Of a stretch of DNA of 64,000 nt, positions 9,153 to 17,941 are shown one piece after another; position 1 is the stretch's first letter; each line of letters starts with the position of its first letter. Location: assembly GCA_007125915.1 (NCBI GenBank), contig SLCH01000011.1:924-64923 (forward strand), in the 5' to 3' direction. Source of the DNA: Syntrophobacteraceae bacterium. Its GTDB lineage: Bacteria; Desulfobacterota; Syntrophobacteria; Syntrophobacterales; Syntrophobacteraceae. Under the pieces are notes generated by a model that was given only the letters and a program-made list of their open reading frames with translations, was not told the DNA's origin and did no database searches. Made by a program: the position numbers and the translations under genes.

Positions 9153-9330
9153 ATGACGAAACCCGCAGCCCCCTGTCCGGGAGCTGCGCAGCCATTTTCT
9201 GTACCTGCAGCTCCTGCAGCATTTGCCCGCAGGCTGTTGAAAAGGGCATGCCCCATTCCAGAAGAGGGCATGCCCTTTTTTCTTTTCATGGCGCCGGTCT
9301 GCTCCCGGACTGGTCGGTGTGAATAAATCG
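9153..9330 (+). pseudogene. frameshifted relic of the MBL-hydrolase 5' end (may extend in decayed form towards about 9620)
   Basis: 9215-9292 aligns almost base for base with 12764-12838 of the intact MBL gene. The homologous frame (..CSSCSICPQAVEKGMPHSRRGHALF..) is out of frame with the relic ATG and stops early. Confidence 0.65.
9243..9287 (+). terminator. Rho-independent terminator built from the MBL relic
   Basis: Two copies of the self-complementary GGGCATGCCC separated by 11-12 nt, followed by TTTTTTCTTTTC. Confidence 0.5.
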
Positions 9331-10047
9331 GCAGCTGTGCAGGCGGTCCGTTGATGGGCAGAAACACTCCATGTTCACTCGCACGGCTACTATCTGCGTA
9401 GCCGGATTTTCCCGTGGTGAAGGATGCCGTGCTGGATTTTCCCCCAGGGGAAAGCTGTGAAGGGAGGAAAAAATCTTCGATTCTGCCCCAGCACATGAAC
9501 GTGCCAATCCTCAAGTATCCCCAAACAAGCCGGTCAAAGATGCGTCCCCAACCCCCTTCCAACTCTTCCTGGCTCTGCCCGCCTCTTCAGGGTGGGCCCG
9601 GAGGGGTTTGCCGTCAAATGACCCAAATTTTATGACTTGAATAAAGTGGTGTAAATATAATTAGTTAAATAATGCTTGTAAAAATTTATTATTTGAACTA
9701 ATATTCTATGAGTGGCTGAACGGAAACAGAGAGTGCGCCTTGGATGGTTTGTGCGGCAGGGCCCCCTGGTTTTCAGTGAAAAATTTCCAGTCCTCCAGGA
9801 ATTCAAACACATAGTTTCAAGAGGGGTTTGGAGCAGGGCGGCAAAGGCTCATGGGCGCCCGTTCCAAAACATCGAGTTCAATGCCGGGCACAAAACCAGA
9901 CAGAAGGGCGCCACCCTCATGGCTGTTTGCCTCAAAGGCCTCTTTTTGTGGGGCAAAGCAGCAAAAGCCGATGAAGGTTGTGCGTGATCTCTTCTCAGGC
10001 TTCCTGGCGGGCCACCTCCATCGGGTGGACCGTTGGCGCTGGGAGCA

Positions 10048-10180
10048 GATGCGCACCCAGTTCAAATGCCCGTTCAGGACAAAAGAGGCATGAAATCCAA
10101 GAAGAAACTCGGTTTGGGCAGGTCCATGGACGATATGCTGACGGCGGCCAATTTTGCAAAACTTGTCTGTTGCCTCATGA
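10048..10180 (+). pseudogene. relic of the 3' end of a short MttB-like gene (weaker similarity back to about 9850)
   Basis: GATGCGCACCCAGTTCAAATGCCCGTT...GCCAATTTTGCAAAA...GCCTCATGA aligns with 8900-9029. The translated frame (PVQMPVQDKRGMKS..LGLGRSMDDMLTAANFAK) aligns with PQVQMPVYDERGMES..GLGMYMDDPLTTANFGK. Confidence 0.7.
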
Positions 10181-10342
10181 GCCGTGCCCCGGACCACCCT
10201 CATGGTTCACGAAACCAGAAGGGGATCAAAACTCAAGGATGGGAAGATTTAAAGGCAGAGCTGAAGCTTGAAGTTTCCCCAAATGAGGGACTTCCGGCCG
10301 CCGTGTGAGGTTCTGCTCGTCTCATCGAATGAAGGAGAGAAC

Positions 10343-11941
10343 ATGTGTGGATTGGCGGGATGTTTCGGCATCAAGGACGAGAAAACCATCAACAAAATGC
10401 TCGATGTGCTCGGACATCGTGGACCCAACGACCGTGGTATTTTTTCCAGGGGCAGAATGGTGTTGGGCCACACGCGGCTTTCCATTGTGGATGTGGCGGG
10501 AGGCCATCAGCCCATTTTGGCTGAAAACGGGAAGATGGGAATCATTTGCAATGGAGAGATCTATAACTTTCGCAGGCTCCGTGAACCTTTGGCGTCCAAG
10601 TACGCTTTCACCACTTTTTCCGACTCGGAAGTGATCCTCCATCTCTATCGTGAAAAGGGCCCCTCCTGCGTGAAGGAGCTGGATGGGATGTTTGCCTTTG
10701 CCCTGTTTGATGGAGATGATTTCCTTCTGGCACGGGATCCCGTTGGCATCAAACCCCTCTATTACGGCCATGCTGGGGAAAACATGTATTTCAGTTCCGA
10801 ACTGGGAGCCATGATCCTGGCGGGTGTCGACCAGGTGCACGAGTTCCCGGCGGGTCACTATTACACACCACGGGAAGGCTTTGTGCGGTACTACAACATA
10901 CCCGAGGTGCAGGATCATCTGCTCACCAACGTGGAGGAGACCAAAGAACTCATTCGCAGCACGTTCATTCGCTCAGTGAAGAAGAGGCTGCTGGCCGATC
11001 CCGAGATTCCCGTGGGTTCCTTTTGCAGCGGGGGACTGGACAGCAGCCTGGTGGCGGCCATTGCAGCCGACGAGATTCCTCACCTCCACACATTTGTGGT
11101 GGGCATGAAGGACGACCTTGGGGATGTGAGTGACGACATCAAGGCGGCACGCATCGCCGCCAAGCACATCGGTTCCACCCACCACGAACTTGTGTTCACG
11201 GAAGGGGAGTACTATGACGCTCTGCCCACGGTGATTCAAAAGCTTGAGAGCTATGACCCTTCTCTCGTCCGCTGTGCCGTTCCCTGCTATTTCACATGCA
11301 AGCTTGCTGCTGATTACGTGACGGTGGTGCTGACCGGCGAGGGTGCTGATGAGCTGTTCACGGGCTACCACTACATGAAGCATTTTCCCTTGGAAAAGCT
11401 CAACCAGGAAGCCCGGCGCTGCATCGGTGGATTGCACAACATCAATTTGCAGCGAGCGGACCGAATGGGAATGTACTTCAATCTGGAATTGCGCGTTCCT
11501 TTTCTGGATGTGGAGATGATCGATCTTGCCATGAAGATTCCCCATGAACTCAAGATAAGGGAGCACAATGGTGCCAAGATCGAGAAGTGGATTCTAAGAA
11601 AGGCATTTGAAGATACTGGATACCTTCCCGACGAGGTCCTCTGGCGTTACAAGGTTCAATACACTCAGGGAGCAGGGTGTGAAAGCCTGGGAGAGGCCAT
11701 GGCGGAAAAGGCCATGACGGATGAAGAATATCATCGCATCAAGGCCGAGAATCCTCTGGCCACCATCAACAGCAAAGAGGCGGCTTTTTATTTCAAGATT
11801 TTTCGGGAGTTTTTTCCCAACGATTCCGTTCTGGGTTCCGTCGGCATTTGGACCGGATTTGATTTTGCAGAGGAAAGAGAGAAAGTCAGAGGCACGGTGG
11901 ATGGGGATTTGAAACACGATCACAATGAAATGGTGGCTTGA
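10343..11941 (+). CDS. asnB: asparagine synthetase (glutamine-hydrolysing)
   Basis: Starts MCGLAGCFG (Cys2 nucleophile of class-II amidotransferases; AAGGAGAG RBS). SGGLDSS PP-loop present. Confidence 0.85.
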   Translation: MCGLAGCFGIKDEKTINKMLDVLGHRGPNDRGIFSRGRMVLGHTRLSIVDVAGGHQPILAENGKMGIICNGEIYNFRRLREPLASKYAFTTFSDSEVILHLYREKGPSCVKELDGMFAFALFDGDDFLLARDPVGIKPLYYGHAGENMYFSSELGAMILAGVDQVHEFPAGHYYTPREGFVRYYNIPEVQDHLLTNVEETKELIRSTFIRSVKKRLLADPEIPVGSFCSGGLDSSLVAAIAADEIPHLHTFVVGMKDDLGDVSDDIKAARIAAKHIGSTHHELVFTEGEYYDALPTVIQKLESYDPSLVRCAVPCYFTCKLAADYVTVVLTGEGADELFTGYHYMKHFPLEKLNQEARRCIGGLHNINLQRADRMGMYFNLELRVPFLDVEMIDLAMKIPHELKIREHNGAKIEKWILRKAFEDTGYLPDEVLWRYKVQYTQGAGCESLGEAMAEKAMTDEEYHRIKAENPLATINSKEAAFYFKIFREFFPNDSVLGSVGIWTGFDFAEEREKVRGTVDGDLKHDHNEMVA

Positions 11942-11972
11942 TTCAAACCTTGAAACCCCGTTGCACCTGGAA

Positions 11973-12014
11973 AACCTGCCGGCAGGCTCAAGAGAAGGGC
12001 CTGCCCTTTTTATT
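11973..12014 (+). terminator. short MBL 5' relic (21-nt deletion) forming a weak hairpin plus T-tract after asnB
   Basis: AACCTGCCGGCAGGCTCAAGAGAAGGGCCTGCCCTTTTT aligns with ATTTGCCGGCAGGCTCGTGAGAAGGGC...CCCGCCCTTTTT of the MBL gene. Stem GGCAGG/CCTGCC followed by CTTTTTATT. Confidence 0.4.
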
Positions 12015-12488
12015 GCCCGTCTCTGCCAAACCTTCGGTCCACCGATTACGACAGCTTGGTACGGGGTTCTTCCATAATGCGCCACGGATCTCAAGGAACA
12101 GCCCCCAGGGAAGATGAAGGTCCTTATAAACCCCGGGGGTATTTTAAGGCCCGCTTCGTCTTCATCTCCAAGTGAGCGGGACTGACGGGCTCTTTCGACC
12201 CCATGAATCCTTTTGCAGTCTTACGGGGCAGGGCTCCAAATTATGGGCTGCCCAAAAATTGAAACCATGGGGTCATGTGTCGCTGCGGCATGTGTCCACC
12301 CCGGTTCAAATGCTCCCCATTGGCGGTGACCCGCCATAAGACCCATTTCAGGGGAAATAAGCGTGACCGGGGCCATCGGGGTATTGCCACAAAGGGGTTT
12401 TGGTCCTGCTGTGTCAGGAAAGAGGGACCAGAATGGCCTTGACAGAATGGACTGTACCCGCTACTGAAAACCCTGAAAGGTGATTTTC

Positions 12489-12695
12489 CATGATCGAATG
12501 TGGAAAAGACCGAACTTGTGCCAGGACACCCAGCGGCTATTTATCTCAAAATCTTCCGGCATTTTTTTCCTCATGATCTTGCCTCATGGCTCCATCGGCA
12601 TTTGGACGAAGTTTGACTTTGACGAAGAGAGAGAAAAAGTCAGAGACACGGTGGGTGGAGATTTGAAGCACAATCACAGTGAAACGATGGCTTGA
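12489..12695 (+). pseudogene. internally deleted asnB copy (start region fused to 3' end)
   Basis: 12489-12510 resembles the asnB RBS/start region. 12597-12695 is colinear without gaps with 11843-11941 (both end ..ATGGCTTGA/..GTGGCTTGA). Translation is ..GSIGIWTKFDFDEEREKVRDTVGGDLKHNHSETMA. Confidence 0.7.
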
Positions 12696-12703
12696 TTCAT
12701 ACC

Positions 12704-13555
12704 ATGAAGCTCTCAGTTCTCGGGTCTGGCGGCTGCTCCCCCATTCCCAAGCCCTGCTGTTCTTGCAGAATTTGCCGGCAGGCTCGTGAGAAGGGCATAC
12801 CCTATTCCAGAAGCGGGCCCGCCCTTTTTCTCCATGGCATCAATCTGCTGGTCGATACTCCTGCAGAAATTGTTCAGCAGTTGAACAGGTGCTCCATTGA
12901 TGCAGTGGAGCACCTCATCTTCACCCACACCGATCCCGACCATGTGGAAGGGTTTCGTGTGGTGGAGCAAATTGCCCTGGACTTTCGCACATGGAAAAAC
13001 TATGAGGACAAGCAGATCGCTCTGGTTTTGCCCCAATATTTACATGAGCGAATCCGGCGGGTGTGTTCGGCCTATGGCCCTCTGGTTTCCTATTATCTTC
13101 AGCAGGGCTACATTCGCACTCGAAAGTTTCAGGAGACCACCTTCATCGGTGCGGTTCATGTCACGGCCCTTCCCGTGGACCGAGGAGATCAAACGGTCTA
13201 CATTTACGTTTTTGAAGAATCAGGGAGAAAGGTCGTTTATGCCCCTTGCGACATTCGACCCTTTCCTGAAAACCGCTCAGAAGTTTACGATGCGGACCTT
13301 CTGCTCATTCAGCCGGGAATTTTTGAAGAGGGTTTGAAGCACGGTTTTGTCTATCCTGCCAATCATGTCTCGCGAAACACTTTGTACACCTTCCCTCAAA
13401 CCCTGGCTCTGGCGCGGCGGATTCGTGCCAGGAAGACCGTATTCATTCATATGGAAGAATACTGGAACCGCAGTCACGATGACTACCTTGAACTGGAAAG
13501 AGTTCATTCCCAAATTCGCTTTGCTTATGATGGAATGGACCTCACCGTCAAATGA
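12704..13555 (+). CDS. MBL-fold metallo-hydrolase, PhnP-like, with N-terminal Cys cluster
   Basis: VLGSGGC..CCSCRIC N-terminus as in PhnP-type MBLs. The metal motif reads THTDPDH (HxDxDH instead of HxHxDH). Confidence 0.75.
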   Translation: MKLSVLGSGGCSPIPKPCCSCRICRQAREKGIPYSRSGPALFLHGINLLVDTPAEIVQQLNRCSIDAVEHLIFTHTDPDHVEGFRVVEQIALDFRTWKNYEDKQIALVLPQYLHERIRRVCSAYGPLVSYYLQQGYIRTRKFQETTFIGAVHVTALPVDRGDQTVYIYVFEESGRKVVYAPCDIRPFPENRSEVYDADLLLIQPGIFEEGLKHGFVYPANHVSRNTLYTFPQTLALARRIRARKTVFIHMEEYWNRSHDDYLELERVHSQIRFAYDGMDLTVK

Positions 13556-13566
13556 AAGGTTTTTGA

Positions 13567-14739
13567 ATGTTTTACACTGAAGAACTTCTCGAAAAAGTTC
13601 ACGGCGATGCAGTGCGTATTCTTGAAGAAGTGGGTGTCAAATGCCACTCGGAAAGGGTTCGAAGAATTTTCGAAGACACGGGACTTGCGGCCTATGATGA
13701 CACGACGGGCCATCTTCATGTCCTGTCACCTCTCATTGAGCAGGCCCTTCAAACCACGCCCAAGCGGAATGAGTTTTTCCTCCCCGAAAACTCATTCGGT
13801 GTGGGAGGGACGGCCCCTTTTGTCCATGCGGATGGGACGGGGGAACTCATTCCTCCCACTTTTGAGCATTTGGTGAAGATCGCAAAAATAGTCAACGAGG
13901 CGGACGTGGTGCAGTTCATGGCCAGGGGGGTGCTCATTCCCAAGGAAGAGGTCAAGGTCATGGACACCATCATTGAACACTGTCACAAGCCTGTGTATGT
14001 GGCCGCCCTCACGCCCGAGGGCATTGCGCGGGCAGAGGAGATTCATCAAAGGAGGGGCAAGCTGACCGTTCAGTTCTCCATCATCAACAGTCCCTTGAAT
14101 GTCATTGAGTCCATGGTGGACCCTTTTCTGTCCTGCGTGGAAAAAGGCATTCCCATTTATGTTTCCACCATGCCCATGGCGGGGCTTTCGGGACCGTACA
14201 GCATGTCCTCTCTTCTGACTTTGACGCACGCAGAGGCTCTTTTCGGCATCACTTTGGCACAGTTGATCAATCCGGGAGTCACAGTGGTCCACGCGGGGCT
14301 TCCGTCCATTGCGAGCATTCAAAAAAAATACGCTGTGGACATGGGTCTCATGTCGCTGAATGTGGCCAACCTGCTCATGGAGAAAGTGAACAAGCGGTTG
14401 AACATTCCCTCAATCCAGACCGCCTGCACAACCAGCCAGGAGCATCCCAATGAAGTCTCCGAGCAAGAAGCCATTCGAGGCTATGCTCTTCTGAAACATC
14501 ATGGTTTTCATCAAATTCGCCATGCCTTTGGTTTTCTCAAGGAACTGGTGTCCTTTTCCATTGCAAAGCTGGAGCGCCACATCCAACTGTGCAGGGAGAC
14601 AGCTCCGGCAGACAACTATGCGGAACCGGTTATCTACGATCCCGAGGGTTATGATGCCATCGTGCGCAATGGCAGCCAGGCGAACTATATGGGAGATGCG
14701 CATACCCTGAAAAATACGGGCAAAGAATTTTTGTATTGA
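13567..14739 (+). CDS. short MttB-superfamily paralog (X2), 390 aa
   Basis: Alignable along its whole length with 7812..9029 (e.g. FxGGTAPxVxxDxxGE, PMAGxSxPx, THAExLFGI, LINPGVT/LMNPGIT). Starts 11 nt after the MBL gene. Confidence 0.6.
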   Translation: MFYTEELLEKVHGDAVRILEEVGVKCHSERVRRIFEDTGLAAYDDTTGHLHVLSPLIEQALQTTPKRNEFFLPENSFGVGGTAPFVHADGTGELIPPTFEHLVKIAKIVNEADVVQFMARGVLIPKEEVKVMDTIIEHCHKPVYVAALTPEGIARAEEIHQRRGKLTVQFSIINSPLNVIESMVDPFLSCVEKGIPIYVSTMPMAGLSGPYSMSSLLTLTHAEALFGITLAQLINPGVTVVHAGLPSIASIQKKYAVDMGLMSLNVANLLMEKVNKRLNIPSIQTACTTSQEHPNEVSEQEAIRGYALLKHHGFHQIRHAFGFLKELVSFSIAKLERHIQLCRETAPADNYAEPVIYDPEGYDAIVRNGSQANYMGDAHTLKNTGKEFLY

Positions 14740-15161
14740 TCCGCATACATTCGAATGAGGAAAGAATGTTCTTTTTTCTCCATTTCAGTTAAAAAATAAT
14801 ATAGTATGTTTCATCAATACAGTCTTGAGGAGGAACTGACGTTGACTTCTCCCATGCTGAGGCAGTTGCTGCGCATCTTCACATCAAGCCCTTCAATCTC
14901 AATGCCACTCTCACACGGATATACTTGTCCTGTTAATGATCAACTGTATGGTTCCGAACTTTCATGGTGCGAAATTCTTTTGAACATGGAGCCTGAACAT
15001 TCAGGGCCACGCTTGGAACTGTTTCACAAATGGCAGGGATGAGTGCAGTTTTCACGGTCATTTTCACTGCGGGGTAAAGAAGGGAGGTGTGGGAAGCTTC
15101 TTGAGGTGGATTGAGTTTTTGTCATCATACCCGTATAAATGATTATCAAAAGGAGGGCTTT

Positions 15162-15641
15162 ATGTACAAGAAAATCATGGTTCCGCTGGATGGATCAAAG
15201 TTTGCTGCCTCGGCACTTCCTCATGTGATAGAACTGGCAAAGGCTTTTAATTCACAAGTGATTGTTTTCCATTCATGTGCTTCCCCCGAAGATGCGGGAA
15301 TGGCTGATGCCGCAGGCGGGGTTCGTGATGCAGCCGCATCGGCCGAACACAGAGTTTGCGAACGCTTCCTCGGCGAGGCGGCCCAGGAACTGAAAGCAAA
15401 GGGGCTTGAGGTTGAAACCGTTTGTGCCTCGGGAAACCCTGCACGTGAGATCATTGGCTATGCGGACAAAAGCTCTGTGGATCTCATTGTGATGGCAACC
15501 CATGGCAAGGGCGAGGTGGCCTGGGTGCTGGGCAGTGTTGCTGAAAAAGTGGTTTCCCATGCCACTGTGCCCGTTTTTCTCCATCGTGTGGTCGAGCGCA
15601 AAAAGCCCATTCTTGAGGGAGAAATGGTCGGTATGCCTTAA
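15162..15641 (+). CDS. universal stress protein
   Basis: MYKKIMVPLDGS..., DLIVMATHGKG..LGSVAEKVV pattern. AAGGAGGG RBS. Confidence 0.8.
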   Translation: MYKKIMVPLDGSKFAASALPHVIELAKAFNSQVIVFHSCASPEDAGMADAAGGVRDAAASAEHRVCERFLGEAAQELKAKGLEVETVCASGNPAREIIGYADKSSVDLIVMATHGKGEVAWVLGSVAEKVVSHATVPVFLHRVVERKKPILEGEMVGMP

Positions 15642-15780
15642 GGTCTAAGGTCCTTCGTTGAAGGAGGGAAAGCCAGGAGCCCACTTCGGCAGCTCAAGCC
15701 CCGTTTGTCCGGCAAGGCGAGCAGCCCAGGGACTTTTTCTCGAGGTGGGCGCCCGAGTTGAATATCTCACGAAAGCAAAA

Positions 15781-15819
15781 AGGGACTGGAGCAAAATCTG
15801 CTCAAGTCCCTTCTTTTTT
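15781..15819. terminator. bidirectional terminator (usp / tRNA-Ala)
   Basis: Stem AGGGACT/AGTCCCT with T-tracts on both strands. Confidence 0.5.
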
Positions 15820-15826
15820 GCCGGCT

Positions 15827-15902
<76 letters not shown>

Positions 15903-16045
15903 CCTTGCGATGTGGGTGTATCAATACAAAAGACGTCTCACCTTGTCAACAGTTTTGTTGCTTTATTCCCCCATTCCAAAGAGTCTTTTCTCCCTGGTGC
16001 TTTGTATCTGCGCGGTCGTTTTCACTGCATATCCAACGCAAGCCT

Positions 16046-16384
16046 TCAATCCAACTTCCACTCTATCTCCTCAAAAAGATCTTCCATCTCATAGAGAAGC
16101 TGGTCCGCTTCGGCCAGCTTCCATTCGGCTGCCTTCTTTTCAATGGCTTTGTGTAATTTCTGCAGCTTGTCCCGATGGGGTAAAAGGGCCTCTCTGAGAC
16201 GCGTTCCCTCATAATGATACAGAAGCTCATCCAGCTGTTGTGCAAGGTCGTAAGGGGAAGGGTCTTTGTCTGCCCACCGGGTGTCCAGGTACCCGAGGTG
16301 CCGTTTCAGTTTGGGGTAGATGTCCTGCATGCCCCCTTTGTAAAAGGGAAGGATTTTGATGCTGATCTGCATGTGTTTGCTCAT
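16046..16384 (-). CDS. hypothetical helical protein (about 112 aa)
   Basis: ORF trimmed to MSKHMQISIK.. with a GAGGA RBS. No recognisable motif. Confidence 0.35.
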   Translation of the reverse strand: MSKHMQISIKILPFYKGGMQDIYPKLKRHLGYLDTRWADKDPSPYDLAQQLDELLYHYEGTRLREALLPHRDKLQKLHKAIEKKAAEWKLAEADQLLYEMEDLFEEIEWKLD

Positions 16385-16737
16385 GGACTGTTTCCTCATC
16401 CTCAAGGGGAGAAACCATGTTCGCACTATGGGGGCTTCTGCTTCAGATTCCCAAAATTCGAAGGCCGGCTTTCCTGGTATGAAATGATTTTGATCGCCCC
16501 CTCCACAGAGTCCCAAGACCCGCGAATGCAGCCAGGTTGGGCTCGAGAACCCCCAGCAACAGAGTGCTCTTTTGCCTTCTGATGTACAGCTTTGACCGTC
16601 CGTTACAGGATTGTCAATTGATTTAATGATGTTAATTTTTAATAATGCTATAGGTCGTTGAAAAGAGCGAAACGGGTGATTTTCTCACTTGCCATTTGTT
16701 TGAATCCTCCCCGAAAAATGCCACTGGGGCACGGCCC

Positions 16738-17352
16738 ATGAAGAGTTCACATTACAGGAAATTCTTCCTGTTCATCTGTTTGGTGCTGGTTCTTGTTTCA
16801 TTTTCCCTCATTTTCCTGCAGACGTCCTGGTTTCAGAAGAAAATGACGTCCAATTTTGTGCACAAAGTGGAGACCATATGGGGATATTCATTGAAGTTCG
16901 ACAGGTGTCATTGGAATGTCTTGTCCCAGCTTGAACTGCATAATGTTGCAGCCACCCGGGGAGCAACAGATGTTTTTCGAGTGGATGAGGCCAGAATCAG
17001 CTATGATTTATCGCTCCTTTCATTGAAGATCAGAATACGCCATGTGCTTTTGGACCACCCCGTGCTGTTTGTCCAAAAGGATGATCGGGGGCGATGGTCC
17101 CTTCCCGCAGGAAAAGCAACAGCTGCCGCATTTTCTTCTCGAGGCAGTCAAACACGAGTATGGGAATGGAGTGGGGCCACTTTGAGCATTTCATCGGGGA
17201 CACTCAAGGGTCTTGATGAAAATGGCAGTGTAGTCTTCAGAACCAGCTTTTCCGGCAGTTTCCGCCTAGAAAGCGTGATCGAAGAAGACTTGGAAAAACT
17301 CTTGATGAACATGGAATTCTTCGGGGGAAACAGTCGGTTGCGCAGTTTCTGA
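16738..17352 (+). CDS. hypothetical membrane-anchored protein
   Basis: MKSSHYRKFFLFICLVLVLVSFSLIFL N-terminal TM anchor. No recognisable motif otherwise. Confidence 0.4.
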   Translation: MKSSHYRKFFLFICLVLVLVSFSLIFLQTSWFQKKMTSNFVHKVETIWGYSLKFDRCHWNVLSQLELHNVAATRGATDVFRVDEARISYDLSLLSLKIRIRHVLLDHPVLFVQKDDRGRWSLPAGKATAAAFSSRGSQTRVWEWSGATLSISSGTLKGLDENGSVVFRTSFSGSFRLESVIEEDLEKLLMNMEFFGGNSRLRSF

Positions 17353-17560
17353 CACCGCCTTTCAAAAAATGAAGAGATTACGATGAAACCATAGAATCTT
17401 ATCACTCATCCCGCAAACTCCTTGACTCCATGGACACGGGATTCTCATGGATTCTGTGTTTTGTGGTCTGCTTTTAAGCCTTCGAAAGATGATGCAGATG
17501 CAGAGAAACCATGAAGTGGGGGAGGGGAACTGACGGTTTTCCATCACAGGAGCGCATCCC

Positions 17561-17758
17561 ATGAAAATGCAGGAAGTGAGAAAAATTGCCAAACAATTGG
17601 GCGTCAACTCATTTGGGAAAAAGAAGGTCGATCTGATCCGTGAAATACAGAGAAAGGAAGGTTATTTCGATTGCTATGGCACTGCTGAAGATTGGTGTGA
17701 TCAGGAGCAATGCGTCTTTCGTGCATCCTGCCTGGAGAAAGCTGATTTCAAACCATAA
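17561..17758 (+). CDS. small Rho_N/SAP-like protein with Cys-rich tail
   Basis: MKMQEVRKIAKQLGV....KKKVDLIREIQ resembles the Rho-N/SAP helix-extended-helix motif. C-terminal C..C..C..C. AGGAG RBS. Confidence 0.45.
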   Translation: MKMQEVRKIAKQLGVNSFGKKKVDLIREIQRKEGYFDCYGTAEDWCDQEQCVFRASCLEKADFKP

Positions 17759-17941
17759 GGTTGCCCCTGTTCCGTGCCGGGAACCCGTTTGCGGAATCAA
17801 AAGAGACAAAAGTTGAATCTTGTGAAGGATAGAACACGCCGAAGCTGCGGCTTTGGCATGAGGCCACTCTCACGGGTATCCGCAAAGGGGCTGGCTTATG
17901 TGTTTAGTCGTGTGATATCAATTATTTAATAAATATTTGAC

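Noticed and set aside
10343-12329. AsnB as a lasso-peptide cyclase, with the 28-aa Cys-rich ORF at 12243..12329 (MGCPKIETMGSCVAAACVHPGSNAPHWR) as its precursor.
   Set aside because: AsnB has the canonical Cys2 glutaminase domain and overall housekeeping architecture. No B-type protease or RRE gene is present. The small ORF lacks an RBS and lies inside what looks like pseudogene debris.
12095-12480. An ORF-free 385-bp stretch as a candidate structured ncRNA or riboswitch.
   Set aside because: No recognisable riboswitch core was seen (e.g. no B12 box). Its 3' part shows weak similarity to the X 3' end and the asnB leader. It is better explained as the deleted remnant of a third X copy.
4825-14739. 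Pyrrolysine (in-frame UAG) recoding in the MttB-family genes.
   Set aside because: All three MttB-like frames are uninterrupted and end in TGA or TAG at positions consistent with full-length proteins. No internal TAG was seen, and no pylTSBCD genes are in the window.
14806-15042. 78-aa ORF in the AT-rich spacer after X2.
   Set aside because: It has no RBS, odd composition and no motif. The region is probably a non-coding promoter region for usp.
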